Source of the DNA: an uncultured virus (IMG/VR IMGVR_UViG_3300023198_000617)
Taxonomy: Duplodnaviria > Heunggongvirae > Uroviricota > Caudoviricetes > Crassvirales
Reading direction: 5' to 3' (one strand)
DNA length: 64,000 nucleotides
IMG/VR virus record: IMGVR_UViG_3300023198_000617
Shown in pieces: positions 50,239 through 57,800 of the stretch. Under the pieces are notes generated by a model. It saw only the letters and a program-made list of their open reading frames with translations. It did not search any database and was not told the origin of the DNA. The translations under genes were made by a program, and so were the position numbers. Numbering within the stretch: position 1 is the first letter of the stretch; each line of letters starts with the position of its first letter.

Positions 50239-50306
50239 GAAGAGTCGGAAGTCTAAATAATGACAGCGTGGACATTGAGCGAACGCCCTTGTCCACCCGA
50301 TTCTTT
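50239..50306 (+). ncRNA. structured RNA (three-way junction) within the array
   Basis: gaagagtcgg/ccgattcttt closing stem, with gtc/gac and gtggaca/tgtccac arms. Confidence 0.55.
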
Positions 50307-50315
50307 TAACATATA

Positions 50316-50413
50316 CGGGGGAATGTTGAAAAACACTCTCAGATACTTTCTCTGGAAGCAGTAGCAATTCAGAGAGTTACTTCGGACTTGGGTCTCAAAC
50401 ACCTATTCCCCCG
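50316..50413 (+). ncRNA. Y-RNA-like unit 2 (circularly permuted scaffold)
   Basis: Ends pair as cgggggaat/attcccccg. The scaffold 3' strand (actctc..tttctctg) precedes its 5' strand (cagtagcaa..gagagTTACTTCG), joined by a gaag loop. Confidence 0.7.
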
Positions 50414-50430
50414 CAAAATAATATCGAGAG

Positions 50431-50505
50431 GGCAGTATGACTGAGTGGTTAGGTACAGGTGACTGTATTGATCCTGTCAGGGCGGTTCGATTCCGCCTAC
50501 TGCCT
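50431..50505 (+). tRNA. tRNA-like gene with aberrant, enlarged anticodon arm (GTA possible)
   Basis: 7-bp acceptor ggcagta/tactgcc, D-loop AGTGG, T-arm ggcgg-TTCGATT-ccgcc. The anticodon stem acagg/cctgt encloses 13 nt instead of 7. Confidence 0.65.
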
Positions 50506-50530
50506 CTAAGGTATAACGTTCTTTAAAATT

Positions 50531-50703
50531 AAATTACAGTACCAAGAATGAGTCTTACTTCGTAGTCCTTCGGGACATTTCAGGTTCGAGTCCTGATTCC
50601 CTCACTATCAATGCTTTAAATGAGGGAATGGCGGAATGGTAAACGCGACTAATTTTGGTTTAGTTTAAACACTAAGACAGACTCCTCATTTTGTCTGTAA
50701 TTT
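50531..50703 (+). ncRNA. Y-RNA-like unit 3 carrying a circularly permuted tRNA (YrlA-like topology)
   Basis: Scaffold aaattacag/ctgtaattt and gagtct/agactc. Payload order: variable arm, T-arm, looped acceptor ttccctca/tgagggaa, D-arm. Confidence 0.8.
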
Positions 50704-50720
50704 TTTAACTTATTTAAAAC

Positions 50721-50850
50721 TTAGGGTAGCAAGGAAATCGCTTACTTCGATGTGTAACTCAGTTGGTAGAGTTATTGCCTTCTAAGCAATCTGTCGCTGG
50801 TTCGATCCCAGCCAAATCGTGAAACGACAGCGATCCCATTTTCTCCCTGA
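50721..50850 (+). ncRNA. Y-RNA-like unit 4 carrying tRNA-Arg(UCU)-like D/anticodon/T arms
   Basis: Scaffold ttaggg/ccctga and atcgct/agcgat. Arms: aactc-agttggta-gagtt, attgc-ctTCTaa-gcaat, gctgg-TTCGATC-ccagc. Confidence 0.8.
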
Positions 50851-50855
50851 ACTTT

Positions 50856-50989
50856 TTGAAGAGTAGCAAGGATGACACTTACTTCGTAGCTCAGTTGGTA
50901 GAGCGTTTGAGTGAAAATCAGAATGTCACAGGTTCGATTCCTGTCGATGGCGAAAGCCATTTTACAGTGTTACCAGTTTCTCTCTTCAA
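50856..50989 (+). ncRNA. Y-RNA-like unit 5 carrying tRNA-Phe(GAA)-like D/anticodon/T arms
   Basis: Scaffold ttgaagag/ctcttcaa and tgacact/agtgtta. Arms: gctc-agttggta-gagc, tttga-gtGAAaa-tcaga, acagg-TTCGATT-cctgt. Confidence 0.8.
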
Positions 50990-51006
50990 TTTTTGTATCT
51001 TGCATT

Positions 51007-51942
51007 ATGAGCAAACTCGAAATAGGACCTTACTCAAGAACTGCTATACCATCAATAGCCTATTATCTGATAGACGAGTATGGCATGAGAATTAATAGAC
51101 TTCCTCCTAATCATAATAGAGGAGATTCTCTTGCAGGAAACATGGTAGCATTTTTTAACTACGATGATGTTTTACTTCCACAAACAAGTGCAAACCTTTG
51201 GTATTGGGATTCTGATGGAGATTATGTAGGACAAAGACATCCTCTATTGTCACCTCATAGTCATCCAATGAGTAGAGATCATTATACTTCTACTCTTGTA
51301 ACTTTGAAACTCTTTAACCTAAGTCATGATACTACGCTATACGATAGTAAAATTAAAGAGATCACTGACAATACAGGGTATATTATCAGTAGCATGGCTC
51401 GTAGAACCCTCGGTCTTAAATGGTGGTCTAAAGCAATTCAGGGTAAAAGATTTTATGAGTTCTTATTTTACATCTTTGAACTTGTTACCGTTATGTTTAT
51501 ATATCTTCCAATTCATAGACTTGGATCATGGATAGCGAACTATGGCGAAGAGGTTGATCAATCAGAATGGGTAGAGACAAAACTCCAAGATCAACCTAAA
51601 TACAAACAATGGATAGATAAAATTATTTATCCTTCCTACGCCTTACTCCTATCTGGATGGCAACTGTACGTACTTAAAGATTCTTTCTTAAAGAAAATTC
51701 TACAGCGTCTATACCGTCTTATGGTAGGTAAAACCAATTATGTACAGCAAATGCTCTACGGTAAGAAGGGTATTCCAAGAGAAAAGATCATGTTTTTTCA
51801 ACCTATGCAAGGTGGAAGATGGTCTGGTTACTTGAGTTCTCGCAACGACAGAAGCAGAATGAGGGTTTTAGATTCAGAACCTACGTACAATAATATGGAT
51901 GTCGATCTTGTAAGGAGACTGTACAATGAAACACAATTGTAG
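51007..51942 (+). CDS. hypothetical protein (possible membrane segment)
   Basis: Start taken at MSKLEI, because the longer 5' extension overlaps RNA unit 5. Confidence 0.65.
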   Translation: MSKLEIGPYSRTAIPSIAYYLIDEYGMRINRLPPNHNRGDSLAGNMVAFFNYDDVLLPQTSANLWYWDSDGDYVGQRHPLLSPHSHPMSRDHYTSTLVTLKLFNLSHDTTLYDSKIKEITDNTGYIISSMARRTLGLKWWSKAIQGKRFYEFLFYIFELVTVMFIYLPIHRLGSWIANYGEEVDQSEWVETKLQDQPKYKQWIDKIIYPSYALLLSGWQLYVLKDSFLKKILQRLYRLMVGKTNYVQQMLYGKKGIPREKIMFFQPMQGGRWSGYLSSRNDRSRMRVLDSEPTYNNMDVDLVRRLYNETQL

Positions 51943-51999
51943 GGATTAAAGTATCGTCAAAAATTATCATATTGGTTGTGTGTGTAAGACTTTCAGATC

Positions 52000-52218
52000 A
52001 TGGGAGATAACCGTGGAGGATCGACGTTAGCGTATCATTTACCTGCTTGTGGCTGCTGTGTATGTAGTAGTTCAAGAGGAGAACATAAGGGAAACAAATC
52101 TTACCGCTACAAGCGAAGAGAAGAAAGAACTTGTGAATGTGGATGTGGTACGACCTTCATGTGTAAGCACGACTCTAAAAAACGATTTATAATCGGTCAC
52201 AATATGGTCCGTAGGTAG
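52000..52218 (+). CDS. small Cys-rich protein with CECGCG..RFI.GHN motif
   Basis: Motif common at the N-termini of phage HNH/NUMOD-type proteins; possibly a relic. Confidence 0.4.
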   Translation: MGDNRGGSTLAYHLPACGCCVCSSSRGEHKGNKSYRYKRREERTCECGCGTTFMCKHDSKKRFIIGHNMVRR

Positions 52219-52318
52219 NNNNNNNNNNNNNNNNNNNNNNNNNNNNNNNNNNNNNNNNNNNNNNNNNNNNNNNNNNNNNNNNNNNNNNNNNNNNNNNNNN
52301 NNNNNNNNNNNNNNNNNN
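52219..52318. other. assembly gap (100 N) with duplicated flanks
   Basis: The same ~55 nt occur on both sides of the gap. Confidence 0.95.
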
Positions 52319-52466
52319 TAAGCACGACTCTAAAAAACGATTTATAATCGGTCACAATATGGTCCGTAGGTAGGGGAAATACAGGGGTAATGTCCTGTTA
52401 ATAAAATGTGGATTCTGAGGACGGGGATGAGGCTTCAGCTACGGATTTTAAATCAAAACTATACGT

Positions 52467-52934
52467 ATGGAAACACTAAACGAAGGTAAGCAGTTCTTGA
52501 GAGAGAACTGGCACAAGGGTGTAGACTGTCCTTGTTGTACTCAATTTGTCAAACTTTATAAAAGAAAACTCAACAGTGGTATGGCTTTCGCATTGATCAA
52601 TATTTACAATCGTAAAACAGATAATTGGATGAACGTCAGAGAGTATTTTAGAGAGAATAATATGCGTGATAATAATGATTGGACAAGGCTTGGAGTATGG
52701 GAATTGATCGAAGAAAGAAGAGGAAAACCTGAACACGGTGGTAAAACAATGGGAGAGTGGAGAATTACTCAAAAAGGTAGAAATTTTGTTGAAGGTAAAA
52801 TACGTGTTCCATCTCACTTTAATTTTTTTGATAACAATTTCTACGGATTTGACGATACAACAACAAGTATCACAGAAGCTCTTGGAAATAAATTTAATTA
52901 CAAAGAACTAATGTCAGATAACACTTATGTTTAA
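52467..52934 (+). CDS. hypothetical winged-helix protein with CPCC motif
   Basis: G..CPCC.Q..K.Y.R.L...; W.LIE...G.WRIT.KG..F. Confidence 0.65.
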   Translation: METLNEGKQFLRENWHKGVDCPCCTQFVKLYKRKLNSGMAFALINIYNRKTDNWMNVREYFRENNMRDNNDWTRLGVWELIEERRGKPEHGGKTMGEWRITQKGRNFVEGKIRVPSHFNFFDNNFYGFDDTTTSITEALGNKFNYKELMSDNTYV

Positions 52935-53142
52935 ACTCATTGTAGTAGCCTTCATCGGTCTTGGGATTGTATATTATGTTGACATCATAATACGAATCAC
53001 AAAGGACGAGAGAGAAGGTAAGGTGCGGTATAAAGGCTTGAAGCTGATTTTACCGTTTGGTTATTGGATGTTCCCTTATAGGGAAAAGAAGAAGGTGACA
53101 AAAGGAAAATTACAAGTTAAACCCAAAAAAACAAAAAAATGA
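52927..53142 (+). CDS. small membrane protein
   Basis: Hydrophobic N-terminus; coupled to the SPFH gene. Confidence 0.55.
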   Translation: MFKLIVVAFIGLGIVYYVDIIIRITKDEREGKVRYKGLKLILPFGYWMFPYREKKKVTKGKLQVKPKKTKK

Positions 53143-54323
53143 AGCGAAGTAAAATCGTAATTGCAGTCGTTCTTGTTATAGGTATCCTTTTATTGATATT
53201 TACATCACGACTATTTGAAACCAACAATCAAGGTGAGTATCAGGTGAAACAGGCTTTCATTTCAGGTACAATGACTTCCCGAATGGTTCCCGGAACTTAT
53301 GGACAATGGCTTGGTCAGATTGAAACCTATCGTGCAAATACCACTGTAGGCTTCGGACAGGACCAAGAAGGAGACATCTCTGCTAACTTGGACTCTATCC
53401 CCGTTATCTTTAATGATGGCTCAAAAGCGAAGGTTTCAGGTCTTGTGAGGCTTCAGCTTCCACGGACTGAACACGGAATGATTAATTTGAAACTTGAATT
53501 TGCAGGTGGATATAAACATTTCATCGAAGCAGGTGTAGTTCCTATTGTAGAGAACGCTGTAAAGCTCGGTGCTAATCTTCGATCAGCTCAGGATGCTTAC
53601 ACAACTCTTGCTCTATTCCAGCAGTCTGTACAAGATCAGCTTGAGAATGGTATCTATGTAACCAGATCAGAACGTAAGGAAATTATTAATGCAACCGGAG
53701 ATGTAGAAGTACGTCAGGTAACTGTAATCATGGAAGACTCATTAGGTAATCTTATGAGACAACCAAACAGACTACAAGAACTTTCATGTCAAGTAGTATC
53801 CTGTGTAATTGATGTTCCGGGATTTGATTCAAGTGTAGAGGACATGATTGCCAAGCGTAAAGATGAGGCTATGAAAACTGAACTTGCTAAACAAGCAGCT
53901 CTCAGAGCACAACAGGATGCAATCACAGCAGAGGAGCAGGGTAAAGCTGATGTAGCTAAAGCAAAGTATGAGATGGAAGTTACGAAAGTGAAGGAAGTTA
54001 CAGAAGCCTCTAAGAGATTTGAGGTTGAAGAGTATGCTGCAAAACAAGCTCTCGAAACAGCTAAGAAAATTAAAGCTGAAGGTGATGCTAAAGCCTTTGC
54101 AAACAGAGCATTGGTATCAGCAGGTTTAACTCCTCAGCAAGAGATGGAAATGACCATCAAGATTGCCGAAGTTGTCTCAGCTAATGTAGCGAAAGCTCCA
54201 ACTCCACAAGTAGTAATTGTTGGTGGAGAAGGCGGAGGTTCTGGTGCTGAAGAAGCATTGAAAGTCTTCGGTGCTGAGAGAGCTATTGAGCTGATTAACA
54301 AGGTTAATGCAGGTGTAAAATGA
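53139..54323 (+). CDS. SPFH/band-7 domain membrane protein
   Basis: N-terminal TM helix, V.FNDG core, long Ala/Glu/Lys coiled coil, GLTP, P.VV..G tail. Confidence 0.8.
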   Translation: MKRSKIVIAVVLVIGILLLIFTSRLFETNNQGEYQVKQAFISGTMTSRMVPGTYGQWLGQIETYRANTTVGFGQDQEGDISANLDSIPVIFNDGSKAKVSGLVRLQLPRTEHGMINLKLEFAGGYKHFIEAGVVPIVENAVKLGANLRSAQDAYTTLALFQQSVQDQLENGIYVTRSERKEIINATGDVEVRQVTVIMEDSLGNLMRQPNRLQELSCQVVSCVIDVPGFDSSVEDMIAKRKDEAMKTELAKQAALRAQQDAITAEEQGKADVAKAKYEMEVTKVKEVTEASKRFEVEEYAAKQALETAKKIKAEGDAKAFANRALVSAGLTPQQEMEMTIKIAEVVSANVAKAPTPQVVIVGGEGGGSGAEEALKVFGAERAIELINKVNAGVK

Positions 54324-54547
54324 GAAGGATTATAACGGATGTGTGGACTATAATCACACAGTCGATAAGAGAGATGAGTGACCCTAGTCAAAGAGTCCTT
54401 GCAATAGTTGGAGTCATATCAGTTTTTGCTATCCTAACCTTACTTGTACTTTTAACTATCACAGGTTTTATTGAAAACCTTTTTGAAATTATCGGTAACA
54501 CAATTACTAATACTGTAATCGGAGAATTTCCTGAAGTAGTTGAATAA
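54320..54547 (+). CDS. small membrane protein
   Basis: One TM helix. Confidence 0.5.
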   Translation: MRRIITDVWTIITQSIREMSDPSQRVLAIVGVISVFAILTLLVLLTITGFIENLFEIIGNTITNTVIGEFPEVVE

Positions 54548-54585
54548 CCTTATCTTTATGGTGTACACACATAAAACATAACGTT

Positions 54586-54789
54586 ATGCTAACATTTTTA
54601 AGGAAAGCACTCCTATGGGTTTTGAACAGCCTGTATGAGATCGTATTGACATTGGTGTGTTTCTTAACAGTAGTTGAGATCACTCCATTGTGGACACTAT
54701 GGGCAGTACTATTTGGCTCCCTCTGTTTCTGGATATTGAGAAAGGGAGGAGTCATTAAACCTGTAAAGGATTGGATTAAGAAAGAATAA
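54586..54789 (+). CDS. small membrane protein
   Basis: Two hydrophobic segments. Confidence 0.5.
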   Translation: MLTFLRKALLWVLNSLYEIVLTLVCFLTVVEITPLWTLWAVLFGSLCFWILRKGGVIKPVKDWIKKE

Positions 54790-54819
54790 TTTTGCGAAAT
54801 GGTGTTACAACGACACCTG

Positions 54820-54862
54820 AGAGAGGAGCCTGTAATGGGTTTCTCTCTTTTTATTTTTTTTT
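54820..54862 (+). terminator. terminator at the convergence of the replication and RNAP blocks
   Basis: agagaggagcc-tgtaatg-ggtttctctct followed by a long T-run. Confidence 0.8.
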
Positions 54863-54864
54863 AT

Positions 54865-57800
54865 TTAATATCCTCGCTCTTTATTCCAACTGTCCCATAT
54901 ATCCCAAAAGTCTGCCCATGAAGTCCATACAGGAATGAGTTTACTGAAGTAGTAACCTCTATCAGTCTTGTCATACTTCGAGTCCTCTCCAAGAATCACA
55001 TCAAATGTTTCATCCCAAGTATTCTGCAAGAAATTATATAGATCAGTAAACACTCGCATTGACGGAGCAGGGGATTTGAGAATAGTCATCACCGACTCAG
55101 GGTTAAAGAAGAATGAAATTTCAAGTAGTCCTCTCTGAGTAATCCTAAACGCATTTGTTGCAAGATCGTTTGCAATCTTATGTAAGAATCCAAGCTCGTC
55201 CTCGTCTTTCTCTTCCGGAAGCATTGCTTTCCCACCAAATACAAGGAACAGGAAGCTCAGATAAATTCTGAGTTCTGCTGCCATGCCTTTCAACTTAGCT
55301 AAACGAAGCTCTTGAAACTCCTCAATGGTGAGGGTACTATCTTTATTTTCAGTTATGTACCTATCATAAAACCTTTGAGTAGCTTCCATGTTAAGAGTCT
55401 TCTCTCCTATGAAATTAACTCCGGGAATATAACCAAGACTTACTTCTCCAAGTAATGTCATAAATGCCTTGAGTTTAGGTTGAACTGTTCTACCTGTAAA
55501 TTCTCCCACAAGTACCCTGAACCTACCTACATCATGGTCGTCATGTACATCGTCGTATGTAAGACCTTTAAAACGTGTCTCAACGAGTCCGGGCATCCAG
55601 TTTCTAAAGTGCATTAGAGCCTGTCCAAGAAGCGTAGCATTAATAAGACTTCTGTCCTCCTGAGGAACACTACCTTTGATATTGTTAGCAACAGATTGAA
55701 CTCTTCCTCTAAAGTCAGTATAGAGTCTTTCAGCAGCAGCTTGATCCTCAAGATTGGTCATTCCGTCAATGACTATCTTACTTTGTATTTCTTTCTTCCC
55801 GTCGAAGGTTCCTTCTACTTCTTCAGTAGACATCCTTTCCATCAGGCTACGACTATCTCCGCTACTTGGAATCTTTTCAATCTTTGTAATTTTACCTTCA
55901 TGGATTCCATAGTGATTCATCATTGCCATGAGAACCTGAGCATCAATTAACTCATCACCTTTACGGTGCATAATAAAGAGATTGTCCATTGTAAACTTTC
56001 TGACAACTGATTTAGCAGACAGATCGTTAGCCTTCTTGAATACCATATCCCTTATGAAAGGTTCAAAAAATGCAATAGCAAGTGCGTACTCATCTCTTCT
56101 GTTAGTCAACATCTTGATACCTTCAAGCATATCTTTTTGATTGAAGAATCTACCTTCAGCACCCATCATCCAATAGTTAGATGTAATACCAAGCAGGTTT
56201 CCCATTGCAAGGATAGGCTTCAGACCAAGTGCTTTTGCAGAAGTATATTTAATAAGGTTCTGATAGAATTTGGTTCCGGAATACTTACCGTCCTTACCGA
56301 ATGCTATATCCTTACCTTGAGTACTTTGACCGTAGAAATACATCTTGATGAACTGATCCATAGCTTCAATCTCACCAAGAGGTACACCTATTTTTTTAGC
56401 AATGTTCTGAGTGTACTTGTTATATACCTTTCGATTAGCACCATCAGTAATTTCAGTCTCCTGAAGCTGACTCTTCATAATATCCCTGAGAGCAAGAGCA
56501 GACGCTTCATTCTCACTCAGGAGTCTATTACTAACTGCTGCATCCGCAAACATTACAAGGCTACGTGATAAGTCACGACTCTTAGATTTTGAACCTTGTG
56601 TGTACTCCTGTGATGTAATTCTTCGAGCTACCTCTTCCTCAAACGCATCAGTATCTACCTTATACTCATTTTCATTTTCAACTTCTCTTCGGATTTGTTT
56701 TTTCTCTTTCTTACTCAACCTATTCCTTAACTTATCAGAATAGAATAAAGGAATTGATGGTATAGGCTCTCCTGTAACAGGATCAATCGTACCTCTATCA
56801 GTATCATTCTCTCTCATTTCGATTGACCTAAGGAAAGAATCTTTGATACCTGCTACTCCACGTAAACCACTCTCTCCCATTTTGTCGATCACATCCTTAT
56901 GAATTTCAGCAACAAAGTTACCTTTGATCTGCCTACCTGTCCACTTACGGAACTTCTCATTGTAACCAATGTACATCTCATAGTAGTCCTTCAGTTCCTT
57001 ATTCTGAGGTAAGAACAGAACTTTATATCTATCACTAAAGTTTTCTTCCTTATCAAGATACTCTATGAAAGGATTGCTCTGATTAAATAATGCACTATTA
57101 GAATTTGTAGCGATATTATATCTTGCATCCCATGAAAACAATGCAGAATTATAACGTTCTTCTTCAGCTTTATTCTTCTTGACATTAGGGTATCTACGAT
57201 TCAGGTGTTCGATATATTCCTTACGCCTCTGATCAAACATTTTTTTCTTCTCACCTGTATACTGATAACCAGCACCAACTTTCACAACGTTGGTATTAGC
57301 AATATACCATGCAGCATTGTGATTCTTGTTCGCTTTCTTACGACTTTCATGGAACTCAGACGAGAACTTGGCTATCAGGTTTCCATCTTTATTGATGATC
57401 ATATCAAATGCACCCTGTAGATTCTTACCGTTCCGTCCTGCCCACTCTTTTAACCTCTTAGTTTTCCTGTCAATATCATCTACTATCTCATAGACTTCCT
57501 TCCTACGTTGATCTGAAATCTGACGCATCATCTGAGCAAACTTCTTTATCGCAGGATGATTGAATTTGGAACCCTGTTTAAATAAACGTCCCATGAATCC
57601 TTCTGCTTTAGCACTTGCAGTAAGATCAATGTTATCATTCTCATCATTAAGTAGTTCAACTTCCTTCTGATACAACTGTCCTTCCATAACACCTATCTTA
57701 TGGGCAATACGTTCAGTAAATTCGACAGTCTTCTTGTCTTTACTTTTCCTCGCACGATTCGCTGCATCTATTCCAAACTGTTCATAGACACCTATATAAT

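Noticed and set aside
50124..50989. CRISPR-like array or ordinary tRNA cluster
   Set aside because: The shared sequence is only ~8 nt plus covarying stems, and unit lengths vary. Most units lack an acceptor stem or are permuted.
50772..51095. ORFs 50772-50960(-), 50856-51095(+) and the 5' extension 50911-51006
   Set aside because: They overlap well-formed tRNA-like arms. The downstream gene more plausibly starts at ATG 51007.
52164..52373. ~55-nt direct repeat flanking the N run
   Set aside because: Identical sequence on both sides of a 100-N scaffold gap is most simply an unmerged contig overlap
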